Assembly (NCBI GenBank): GCA_002269645.1
Contig: NIVC01002915.1
Location: 1-64,000, forward strand
Source: Macrostomum lignano
Lineage: Eukaryota
Length of the DNA stretch: 64,000 bases
Direction: 5' to 3'
Shown here: in pieces, positions 13,231-64,000 of the stretch
How the letters are laid out: each line of letters starts with the position of its first letter
Numbering within the stretch: position 1 is the first letter of the stretch
Position numbers and translations under genes: made by a program
The notes under the pieces: generated by a model
The model's database searches: none
Seen by the model: the letters and a program-made list of their open reading frames with translations, nothing else
Told to the model about the DNA's origin: nothing

Positions 13231-16184
13231 TGTTTGTTTGTTTGTATGTTTGTCCATAACGCTCTAGAGACTGCAATTCTTCACCGATTTTGATCGCGTC
13301 TTCGCCAAAAGATTTAAAATTGTCTGGAAAGAAGACGGTTAAAATTTCTTTAATCTGCTTCAATGCTAAAGGGATTAAATATTCGAAAAACATGCTTTTT
13401 TGCAAAGGTCAAGCAGCTCTTTCGACTTGAAATGCGCTGTAAGAATGCTAGAGAAAAAACCGACTGACTGAATTCTGATTTTGATAAAGATTGCATCACA
13501 ACAAGTTGAAAACACTGTGCCAAGTTGAAAGACAGAAATTGCGTAACCATATTGCTAGCTTTAATTGAGACTGATGCTGACTGCCTGAGTATTTGATTAT
13601 GTCATAGCTGCTTCGTGTGACTTTCACTCGAAGAGAATTTGTGTTAGTATTTGCATAACGTTCTAGAGATAGAACCAATTGACCAATTTTAATCGCGTTT
13701 TTACGAAAAGATTTGTAATTATCTGGAAAGAAGACAGTTAAAATTTCTTTAATTGGCTTTAATGCTAAAGGTATTAAATATTCGAAAAACGAGTTTTCCC
13801 AATGCTTTTAATGGTAGGGCAAACTAGGTTGAATTCTTGACTGGACTGGCTGAATTCCAATTCCAATTATGATTGCGCCATAACTTTTCTTTCTCCACTG
13901 TGTAAGCTTCAATACTGGTTGCAGTGTGCAAGGAGAAAAAATGCTCAGTGGCTGCGTGTGTACATTCTGACCCTGGCTCTGACTGGCGGACTCCATAGAA
14001 AATTGCTAGATTTCACTCAATCAACTGTGCATTGGCTCCGCCTGCACGCCTACACACTGAGCAGCCTATCACTGCTATGTATTTTAACTGCAGTTCTGAA
14101 GCATATATGGCTGATTTTGTTGTCCTCCCATCAATAGGCGGAGTAGCCGCAGTGTAGGCACTTAGGACTAGGTTTAGGCTAGACGTAAGGTCCAAGGTTC
14201 GAGTCTGCCTCCCCGGCGGATAATAAAAATTCAAATAATTCAATAATTTATAGCTTGTGCCTGGACTAATTGAAACATTTTTTATTTAATTTCAATTGAA
14301 ACGTTTTTTTATTAATTAGCAATTCATTTTTTGCTACTCAGCACAAGCCACTAATCAAATTTGATTTGTAAAAACTGCTTCGAGTATAACTGATACCATC
14401 AATGGGTATTGTCTAGCTCCATAAAAGTACGAAATTCTTAAACTGCAGAAAATGCTGCTAAATGCTGAGCTTTTCAAGACTGCCGATATGTATCGAAAAT
14501 TGATTAGTGAGCCGTACAATTCTGAGCAAATTGCAGTTTTCTGAGGGGACTGAGGTGCCGGCCACAGAAGAACTGCAGACTGTGAATTAGTTCCTCCAGA
14601 CTTAAATCTAATTTATAGATTTCACTTAACTGCGCATTGGCTCTGCCTGCATACAACCCGTGCACTAAGCAGCCTATCACTGCTGTGTATTTGACTGCAG
14701 TGCCAAAGCATATATTGCTGATTCTGTCGCCCTCCGATCAATAGGCGGAGTAGCCGCACTGTAGGCACTAGGACCAGTTTTAGGATAGGCGTAAGGTCCC
14801 AGGTTCGAGTCTACCTCGCAGCGGACAATTAAAATTGAACTAATTATTTATTTTAGCTTGTGCTTCGACTAATTGAAACTTTTATGCTTAATTAACAAGG
14901 CACACTTAATGAACTACATGTATTTTTGCTGTTTGGCACAAGTCGATAAGCAAATTTGATTTGTAGAAACTGCTTCAAGTACATGTATTACGAGCGTACT
15001 GATCCCATCAATGGGTATATTGCCTAGCTCCATGAAAGTATGAAATTGCTAAACTGCAGACGATTCTGAAAAAAACTGCTGAAGGTATTGCTAAATGCTG
15101 AGCTTTTCAAAACTGCCGATATGTATCGAAAATTTATTAGTGAGCCGTAAAATGCTGAGAAAATTGCAGTTTGCAGAGGAGACTAAAGAGCCGGCCGAGA
15201 GGAGAACTGCAGGCTGCTGAGAGAATGAATGAAAATCGTTAATGGTACAGTTGTAGACTGAAAATGAAATGACTGCAGACTGCTGAGGGGAACTGCAGAC
15301 TGTCGAAGGGATCATTGCAGATTGCAAAGGGGAAACAACTGCAAACTGCTGAGGTAGTTCCTCAGACGTATGAGCGTATAGCTGCAGACTGCTGAGAGGG
15401 AAAACTGCGGACTAATTAGAGGATAATGGCAGACTTCTGAGGCTTATAACTAACTATTGAGTTTTGAGTGGATATTTACTGTGGAAGATTAAGTACAAGT
15501 TGTTTAGGGGATTTCTGCGGCTGCTAAGTGAAATATTTTTGGCTAAGGGGACAATTCTATGCCGCTGAGGGTATGCATTCTTAATTTTAATAAAAGTTTT
15601 AAAATGCAAAGTGGATGATAAATGCCGGCTGCTAAGAAATAACTGCAGTCTTTTTGCGGGATTAGATGAAGGGATAATTTCAGGTTGTTGTGGGGATAAA
15701 TGCCGATTTCCGGGGGTTAACTTCAAACGGCTGAAGTTGCTAAACTAGATTATTTCGACCACATGTCAATAGGCACAATAGCCGCAGTAGGCAGGCAGTA
15801 TCAAGCAGAAGCAAACAGAATGCTTTGATGTCAGCAGTTCGAGCCTGCATTGAAGCAGCGAATTTATCTTTGTGACCTGTGACAATAATGATTGCATCCT
15901 ATGCAGATTCATGGAGATGTTAAACACTTAAATTTAAAGATACTTTTGCTGGGGCTGCGTTAGTCTTCTAGAGCAGTGCTAATCTGCTGTAAATACTAAT
16001 TTGCAAAGGGTCTAATCTGGGTGAGCAGTGCTAATCTGACGTACAATGAATTAATAAATATGCAAGAGAATTGCAAATCAATTTTAAACTGCAAGTTGCA
16101 AACATTTCAAATGGTTTCGATTATTGAGAAGCATATGGAGATCAGTAGCCATCTGCTCCCAGATTTTGCGGAACAGTGCCGGTG

Positions 16185-16290
16185 AACCATTGCTAAACTG
16201 CTGGTGAATCATTGCTAAACTGCTGGTGAACCATTGCTAAACTGCTGGTGAACCATCGCTAAAGTGATGGTAAACCATTGCTAAAGTGAT
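16185..16290. repeat. ~22 bp tandem repeat (CCATTGCTAAACTGCTGGTGAA) x5
   Basis: Read directly. Confidence 0.85.
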
Positions 16291-16419
16291 GGTAAAACAC
16301 TGTAAGTTTTTAATAAATGCTACTTTAAACAGAAGAAAACTCAACACAAGAAAAAGCGACAAAAGAATCATCATGTCAACCATAAAAGAAGCGGTCTGTC
16401 GAGAATAAAATACTCAATG

Positions 16420-18470
16420 TGAATTGCTAAGATGTCAAGGCTGGTATGGAAAATTTCTGTGATATCAAGACTCATGGGAGAATTTCTAAGATCTCAAGGC
16501 TCAGCGGTAATTGCTATATCATGATGTGATTCTGGGGAGAATTGCTTTGATTTGAAAGCTTAAGTTCAATTGCTGCGATGTCGATCTTAATGAGGGAATT
16601 TCTGAGATGTCAAGGCTTACTGGGGAATTATTGAGATTTCAAGGCTTACTGAGCCATGGGCCAGATCAAAGCCCATGAGAGAAATTCTGAGATGTCTTGT
16701 CAAGTCTCAGAGGGAAATTCCTATACTGATGTGATTCTGGGCAGAATTGCTTTGATTTCAGATTCCATTTGAGAAATTTCTGAGGTATCAAGGTTCATTA
16801 AAATTATTTGCTGTCAAGGCTCATGGAAATAATTTCTGGAATGCTGTGGCTCTTGAGGGAATTGCCGACATTGTTAGGGTAAGAGTAAGACGTAAACCAT
16901 ATAAATGAATAGGCCTGTCTAACATTAAATACTCATTGGGGAAATGCTAAGTTGTAAAGGCTCATGGGGGGATATCCGAATTATAATGTGGCTCAATGCT
17001 CAGGGGGATTGTTGTGATTGCAGTACCTGCTCATAATGCCGAAATTTTGTGGCTCAAATAGGAGTTGCTGAGATATCAAGGCTCATTGGGGAATAGCTGA
17101 GATTTCAAAGCTCACGGGGGATCCCGTAGGCTGTAGGCTGTGACTCTTGGGTATTGCTGAGATGCTAAGGTTCACGGGGGAATGACTGAGATTTCAAAGG
17201 CTCCTAAAGCGAATAGCTGAAATTCACGAAATGTCAAGGTTCATTGGGTATTTGTTGAAATGCTGTGGTTTACGGTGGGAATTGCTGAAATGCTGTGACT
17301 TGGCAGGGTTAGTTTTCAACCATAAGACTCATGTGAAAGTGCCAAGATATCAAAAGGTTAGTCGCTAAAGTTTCATGCTCATGGGAAAATTGCTAAGATT
17401 TCAAAAGCTCATTGGGGAATTGCTGAAATTCTTGGGCTGAGAGGAGGGGTTGCTGAAATGCTGTGACTCGGCTGCAGGTTAAGGGTTAGGATTTGAGTTT
17501 AATTATAGAGCGATCGTCGTGTCAATCATAAATGATTCATCAAGGAATTTCAAAGATTAAAGGGGCGAATTAGTTATATGCTTTGGCTCTTAGGGAATTG
17601 CTGACAGTTCAAGGCTTTCGGTGAAATTTAGATTTCAAAGCTTATGAGGAAGTTACTTAAATGCTCAGGCTCAAGGCTCACGGGGGAGATTGCTAACATG
17701 CCAAGACTCACTTATGGGTTAGGGTTAGGGGCTTAGGGTCAGTTTTGGTTCAATCATAGAATAACCACTCTGTTAACCATCAACTAAAGACTTGCTAAGA
17801 TGGGAGTTGCTAAGATATCAAAGCTCATGAATGGAATCACTGAGTTGACAAGGCTTATGAAGAAATTGCAGAGATATCAAGGCTCATAAGGGGATTGCTG
17901 AATTCTTGGGGGAGGGGAGTTGGGTTGTTGGGATGTCAAGACTTACTCAGCTGAGAGAACTGCGTAGATGTCAAGGCTCGAGTTTAATTGCTGCGATGTC
18001 GATGCTTAATGGGGGAACTGCTGAGATGTCAAGTCTTACTGGGAATTGCTAAGATGTCAAGTCTTACTGGGAATTGCTAAAATGTGAAGGCTTTCTGGGG
18101 GAATGCTGAGATTTCAAGGCTTACTGGGGAAATGCTTAGATTTCAAGGCTTACTGGGGGAATTCCTCAGATGTCAAGGCTTATTGGGGGAATTGCTGAGA
18201 TGTTAAGGCTTACTGGGGGAATTGCAGCGATTTCAAGGCTTACTGCGGCAATTGCTAAGATGTGAATTCTTTCTGGGGGAATTGCTAAGATGTCAATGCT
18301 TACTGGGGGAATTGCTGAGATCTCGAGGCTTCTCAGCAATTCTTAGCAAGTATTAGCAATTGTTAGCTAAGTATTCTTAGCAATTCTTGTCAAGGCTTAC
18401 TTGGGGAATTGCTGAGATTTCAAGGCTTACTGGGGGGAATTGCTAAGATGACAAGGCTCATGGACGATGG
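16420..18470. repeat. Degenerate ~29-30 bp satellite (GGGGAATTGCTGAGATGTCAAGGCTTACT)
   Basis: Most homogeneous at 17960-18460. The same motif occurs at 590-1560, 21260-21850 and 23140-23510. Confidence 0.85.
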
Positions 18471-18966
18471 CTGAATTGTTAGGGGTGTTAGGTTGTTGGG
18501 CGATTGTCAGATAGTCAGGTAGTACGGCTGAAGTAGCTCATGTAGTTCAGATATTGAAATAGTACACACAAGTGATGCTGATTTCTGCTAATAGGAAATA
18601 CCAGCGCATTTATTAAAGGTTTCATTCTTTGATTTAGGCTAATTAAAAGAGAGGGTCTAAGGCCGTCAATGATTTGCATATTTGCTGCGGATAAGAATAT
18701 GCCCCGGCCAGCGACGATATGCATTAAGAGTTTGTGCTTGAAAGGATCAGCACTATTTGCTGATTGAGAAAGGGTTTTAGGCTGATGAAGGAAACTTTTT
18801 TGGCTGATGAAAGTTCTGATTCATGGCAATTTATTTTTGCCAAAATGAGAAAAGGTAATTTTTGATTAATGGAAATCAACATTTTGGATAATTATAGTAA
18901 GGTTACTCTTGTGTCAAAATAAAAACCAATTGGTGTCATTTTAGGGCTCCCCAGCGGGGGGCTAAA

Positions 18967-20014
18967 TCTAAATATACTAAATCTCTAAGCTTTGTTTGTA
19001 TGTTTGTCCATAACGCTCTAGAGATTGCAATTCTTCACCGATTTTCATCGCGTTTTCGTCAAAAGATTTGTAATCAGCCTGGGATTGTATGGTTAAAATT
19101 TCTTTGATCTGCTTCAATGCTAAAGGGATTAAATATTCGAAAAACTGTTTTAAATGGCCTTTTTCAATGCAAATTTTATCAGCCAGAAACTTCACTGCCA
19201 ATTTTAATTGATTGCGCCAGAGCCAACTGATAAGAAAACTCACTCCGCTCCACTTAAAGGGGGGCAATAAAAAATTATTCTGGCTGCTGGCAGCCAGCTC
19301 TAATTAGCTAGTCTAAATATACTAAATCTCTAAGGTTTGTATGTTTGAATGAATGTCCATAACGCTCTAGAGACTGCAATTCTTCACCGATTTTGATCGC
19401 GTTTTCGCCAAAAGATTCAAAATTGTCTGGAAAGAAGACGGTTAAAATTTCTTTAATCTGCTTCAATGCTAAAGGGATTAAATATTCGAAAAACTGTTTT
19501 AAATGGCCTTTTTCAATGCAAATTTTATCAGCCAGAAACTTCACTGCCAATTTTAATTGATTGCGCCAGAGCCAACTGATAAGAAAACTCACTCCGCTCC
19601 ACTTAAAGGGGGGCAATAAAAAAATTATTCTGGCTGCTGGCAGCCAGCTCTAATTAGCTAGTCTAAATATACTAAATCTCTAAGGTTTGTATGCTTGAAT
19701 GAATGAATGTCCATAACGCTCTAGAGACTGCAATTCTTCACCGATTTTGATCGCGTTTTCGCCAAAAGATTCAAAATTGTCTGGAAAGAAGACAGTTAAA
19801 ATTTCTTGTATCTGATTCAATGCTAAAGGGATTAAATATTCGAAAAACTGTTTTAAATGGCCTTTTTCAATGCAAATTTTATCAGCCAGAAACTTCACAG
19901 TCAATTTTAATTGATTGCGCCAGAGCCAACTGATAAGAAAACTCACTCCGCTCCACATAAAGGGGGGCAATAAAAAATTATTCTGGCTGCTGGCAGCCAG
20001 CTCTAATTAGCTAG
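18967..20014 (+). mobile_element. Three tandem ~350-bp mini-Helitron-like units (18967-19311, 19312-19661, 19662-20014)
   Basis: Each starts TCTAAATATACTAAATCTC and ends with a CTGGCTGC-TG-GCAGCCAG hairpin, a 10-nt spacer and CTAG, followed by T. Confidence 0.85.
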
Positions 20015-23000
20015 TCCAATATACTAAAAATCAAAACTATGTACCTACCTATCTATCTATCTATCTATAGGAACCTTCGTTTAACTTGACTTTGCGTGGT
20101 CGGAATTTCATGGGGTTTTCTGCATTCGATGCGTATTGATGATGCGCTGGTACACAACATTTTGCTAAGAAATTGCTTCATTTTTTCGGGATTAAATATT
20201 CGAAAAACTCGATTTTTGCCCCGTTTTTTTAAAGTTCAAACAGTTCTTTCCGATTGAGAAGCAGTCTGACTGCCGATGGAATTGTATTGCATCATAACTC
20301 AGTGCCAACTATAGCATTGGTTCTCTACACTGGCGTGGAGAGCTAAAAGCGTTGAAAGGTTGCGCAACACATTTTAATTGAGGGGCGGGTGTCGCTATTC
20401 AATTATTCATGGGCTGGCTTGGTTGTTAATTTCAATGCATCAACTTGCAGGCCTCTCACTGTAGCTGGCGCTGAATGTACACCTTATGAATTTGAATGCT
20501 TTAAAGCAGGAATGTTCAATCGTTGTTTGTGCTTCGAGTTTTTTACTTTCAGAAGAGAGCCTTGTATTGCTAGAAAGAGCTTGAAACGCTGAGTTCGGGA
20601 ATATAACTTCTTTGTTTAGATTCGAAAAATTAAAAGCACAGCATTAAAAAGAAGATTTTTATACTTTTTACTTTATATATACTCATTGTACGCTCTTCCA
20701 TATCGCAAACCCCTACTTTATCGCAACTCCACAATTCAAGCCAGCGCCATTGTATTTAAATTTAGATTGCGTAACCATATTGTTCACTTTAATTGTTGAC
20801 TTTATTAATTGAAACTGATATTGCCTGCCTGAGAAATTGATTATGTCATAACTTGCTTCGAGTGATTTCTACTCTATGCTTGGAGTTTTCAGTGTTGAAT
20901 TATATATGTGCTACAATTCATGTTATCAAAACGATGAGTTAGCCTAGAGCTGAACAGACTGAACTGCTAATGCAGCGACGTGGGTTCGAATTTTTAGAGA
21001 GTAAAAGTTTTTATTAAAAATTTTAACTTTAAAAAACGTCTGGTAAATCAAGTAAAAAAGAAGAAGCTACGAGCGTTCATGTAGTATATTCAAAAATTTT
21101 TTATTAAACTTTGAATTTTGAAAAGGATTATTGCACTAGATAAGAAACTACATGTAATTATTGTACTAGCTGAGTAAATTGTTTCACTATCTTGCTTGGG
21201 TTACTTTCTATCAGGGGATGCTTGCTATCAAAAGGACGCTTGCTCTTAGGGCATGCTTGATCGGGTGAGATTGCTAAGATGTCAAGACATACTGGGCAAT
21301 TATTCAGATATGCAGGCTTACTGGGGAATTACTGAGATGTCAAGCCTTAAAGGGACTTGCTGAGATGCCAAAAGGAAATTGCTGAGGTTTCAAGGCGTGG
21401 GGGAATTTCTGAGATGTCAGGCCCTTGGACGGGGAGAAATTGCTAAGTTGTGAAGACTTACTGAGAAAATCACTGAGCCTTGACACCTCAGTTCATTCTC
21501 TCTTAAGCTTTGACATCTCAGCAATTCGCTCTCAAGGCTGAAGAGGGACTTTCTGAGATGCCAAGGCTTGGTGGGGGGATTGCTGAGATGTTAAGGCTTG
21601 GGGGGATTTCTGAGATATAAAGGCTTAATGGGGGAACTGCTGGCGTGGGGGGGGGAATTTCTAAAATGTCAAGGCTTGGGGGAATCGCTGAGATGTTAAG
21701 ACTTACTGGGGGAATCGCTGAGATGTCAAGTCTTGGCGGGGGAATTCCTGAACTTTCAAGTCTTAAGAGCGAATTGCTGAGATGTCAAAGCTTAAGAGAG
21801 AATTACTGAGGTCTCTAGGCTTGGGGGGAATTGTTGAGATGTCAAGTCTTGGGGGGGGGAATTCTGTGGATTGGGGATTCCTTCCATGAGGGCTGCTTCT
21901 AATGGATATGTTTAGATAGGTGATTCATTGGGAAATTCCATCGATGGGGGATTCTTTCGATGGAGGGTTCTTTGGCCTAGGATTTTATTGATGGGGGATT
22001 ATTTAGATGGGAGATTCTTTGGATTCTTTAGATGGAGATTATTTGGAGTATGATTCTTTGGATTATTTGTACGGGGTTCTTTAGATGAAGGGACTCAGAT
22101 TCAATGATTCTTTTGATGGAGGTTTATTTGGATGAGTGAATATTTGCATTATTTTGATCGGGATTCTGTGGATGGGGATTATTTTGATCGGGATTCTGTG
22201 GATGGGGGGATTCTTTGGATAGGGATGGATGGGGGGATTCTTTGGATAGGGATGGATGGGGGGATTCTTTGGATAGGGATGGATGGGGGGATTCTTTGGA
22301 TAGGGATGGATGGAGGGATTCTTTGGATAGGGATGGATGGGGGATTCTTTGGATTGGGATGGATGGGGGATTCTTTGGATTGGGATGGATGGGGGATTCT
22401 TTGGATTGGGATGGATGGGGGATTCTTTGGATAGGGATGGATGGGGGATTCTTTGGATAGGGATGGATGGGGGGATTCTTTGGATAGGGATGGATGGGGG
22501 ATTCTTTGGATAGGGATGGATGGGGGATTCTTTGGATAGGGATGGATGGAGGGATTCTTTGGATAGGGATGGATGGGGGATTCTTTGGATTGGGATGGAT
22601 GGGGGATTCTTTGGATTGGGATGGATGGGGGATTCTTTGGATTGGGATGGATGGGGGATTCTTTGGATAGGGATGGATGGGGGATTCTTTGGATAGGGAT
22701 GGATGGGGGGATTCTTTGGATAGGGATGGATGGGGGGGTCTTTTGATAGGGATGGATGGGGGATTCTTTTGATAGGGATGGATGGGGGATTCTTTGGATA
22801 GGAATGAATGGGGGATTCTTTGGATAGGGGATTCTGTCGATAGGGGATTCATTGGAAGGGGAATTCTTCGGATCGGGGATTCTATCGATAGGAGGTTTCT
22901 TGGATGGGGGCTTTTTGCATGTGAGATTCTTTGTATCGTGGATTCTATGGGTGGTGGATTCTTTGGATGGGGGATTCTTTAAATTTGAGATTCAGTTGTG

Positions 23001-24334
23001 TGAAATTTTATTGCGTGGAAAAACTGTGGTTGGAGTTTGGACGAATAGCCCCAACGGGGGTTGGAATTGGCTAGCTGAGGAAATTGTTTCACTAATCTTG
23101 GTGGGGGTACTTTCTATCAGGGGATGCTTGCTCGGAAGAGAATTCTAAGATGTCAAGATTTACAGGGGGAATTATTGAAATACATGTATAAAATCTTACC
23201 TATTGGAATTAATGAGATGTGAAGGCTTAAGAGGGACTTGCTGAGATGCAAGGCTTAAGAGGGACTTGCTGAGATGCAAGGCTTAAGAGGGACTTGCTGA
23301 GATGCAAGACTTGTGGGGGAGAATTGCTGAGATGTCAAGGCTTTGGACGGGGAGAAATTGGTAAGATGTCAAGGCTTTGGACGGGGAGAAATTGGTAAGA
23401 TGTCAAGGCTTTGGACGGGGAGAAATTGGTAAGATGTCAAGGCTTGGGGGAATTTTATGAGGTGTCGAGGCTCGGGGGAATTGCTGAGATGTAAGTTTTG
23501 GGGGGAATTCTATGGATTGATGATTCTTTGGATGAGGGATGCTTCTAATGGATATCTTTGGATAGGTGATTCATTAGGGAATTCCTTTGATGGGGCATTG
23601 TTTCGATGGAGGGTTTTTTGAATGGTTGATTCTTTAGATGAAGGATTCGTTAGATGGGGGTTATTTGGACGGGGGTTCTTTAGATGAGGGGATTCTTTGG
23701 CCAAGAATTCTATTAATAGGGTGATTATTTGGATGGGAGATTCTTTGGATTCGTTGGATGGGGTTTATTCGGACGGGGTTCTTTAGATGAAGGAAATCTT
23801 CGGCCAATTATTTCTTTGATAGCGGATTATTTAGATGGGAGATCTATGGATTATTTAGATGGGAGATCTATGCTTTATTTAGATGGGGATTATGATGTGA
23901 ATTATTTGGACGGGGATTCATTGGGGGGATTTTTTGGAAATGGATGGATGGGGGATTCTTTAGGTAGGAATGAATTAGGAAATTCTTTGGATAAGGATAA
24001 GGATGGATGGAGGATTCTTTATATTTGGATTCTGTGGATGAGGGATTCTTTGGATGGGGATTCTGTGGATGAGGGATTCTTTGGATGGGGATTCTGTGGA
24101 TGAGGGATTCTTTGGATGGGGATTCTTTAGATAGGGGCTTCTGTAGATCGGGGATTTCTTGAGTAGGGGATTCATTGAATGGGGAATTATTCGGATCGGT
24201 GATTCTATCGATGGGGGTTCTTTGGATGGGGGATTCTTTGCATGTGAGATTCTTTGCATCGGGGATTTTGTGGATGGGGAAAACTGTGGTTGGAGTTTGG
24301 ACGGAAAGCCCCAACGGGGGTTGGGATTGGCTAG
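20015..24334 (+). mobile_element. Helitron-like element H8/H9 with a duplicated 3' half and two terminators
   Basis: Starts TCCAATATACTAAAAATC. CCCCAACGGGG hairpin plus CTAG occurs at 23071-23074 (followed by C) and again at 24331-24334 (followed by T). Confidence 0.7.
22205..22810. repeat. 25-26 bp G-rich minisatellite (GGGGGATTCTTTGGATAGGGATGGAT)
   Basis: About 23 tandem copies, with degenerate flanks. Confidence 0.95.
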
Positions 24335-24437
24335 TGAGTTTCTAAACGTTGAATGTCAAGTGGGATGTGTTTTAGGCTTTTAGTAGGCCTACCATTAAAT
24401 ATTGAATCGTAATAAAAAAGTAACGTCTTTTTTGCAG

Positions 24438-63675
<39,238 letters not shown>

Positions 63676-64000
63676 GTGAGCACTGGGAGAGGCACGGGTC
63701 AATCTGGCAATGCTGTTCCCTCACTTGAAGTATGCTCATTGGAGTATTGTATTGAATATAGTAGTACGTGCATGAAAGTAAACAAAATGGATTGCTAATC
63801 TATCCGATATGCACGTGGGCAGAGCACCACGAGAACCAACCCCCAAGGCACAGAGAGTGTACATGCCTGAGAGTGTACATGCCAGACGATTAGAAAGTCA
63901 GGGCCGCTGTACACCCTGTGTGAGCGTGTGTGTGCCTGCGTACAGTACTGGCGCACTTGTATGTGCTCAGGAGTCAGCAGAATGAGCAGAATTGCCGTCA

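Larger units (their letters stand above)
13204..18966 (+). mobile_element. Composite Helitron-like element H4 with internal duplications and degenerate satellites
   Basis: TCTAAATATACTAAA start. Internal ~610-bp duplication (14131 vs 14741). Ends with a CCCC-AGC-GGGG hairpin but CTAAA instead of CTAG. Confidence 0.5.

Noticed and set aside
2132-15850. Functional tRNA genes
   Set aside because: Acceptor and anticodon stems are broken; reported only as tRNA-derived modules.
18780-18830. CTGATGA motifs as a hammerhead ribozyme
   Set aside because: No compatible stems or correctly placed GAAA core could be built.
18977-19970. Three similar 96-102 aa minus-strand ORFs (MPPFKWSG...)
   Set aside because: They start at TTG, lie antisense within near-identical 350-bp elements and resemble no known protein; recurrence only reflects element duplication.

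Overview
Animal genomic DNA: spliceosomal GT-AG introns, TTAGGG tracts and very high minisatellite density. The style resembles a repeat-rich flatworm such as Macrostomum, but that is a guess. (1) 1-24334 is a stack of about 10 non-autonomous Helitron-like elements joined head-to-tail (hairpin+CTAG|TC junctions). They carry large satellite arrays, telomeric repeats and degenerate tRNA-like modules. (2) 24438->63675 (+) holds at least 37 hand-predicted exons (~7.0 kb, ~2350 aa, both ends outside the window) of a mosaic lectin-like gene with discoidin F5/8C, F-type lectin (FTP), kringle, C-type lectin and FAMeT-like domains. It is built from a duplicated multi-exon module, with domains apparently inserted inside other domains. 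Its introns contain many different minisatellites, a full-length APE-RT-RNaseH LINE (44801-50548, -), two tRNA-derived SINEs, and a nested antisense gene (58317-59218) for a small secreted protein with two copies of a six-Cys motif I do not recognise. Single-base deletions at three sites (two in homopolymer runs) suggest assembly errors. All exon and domain calls are by eye, with no database search.
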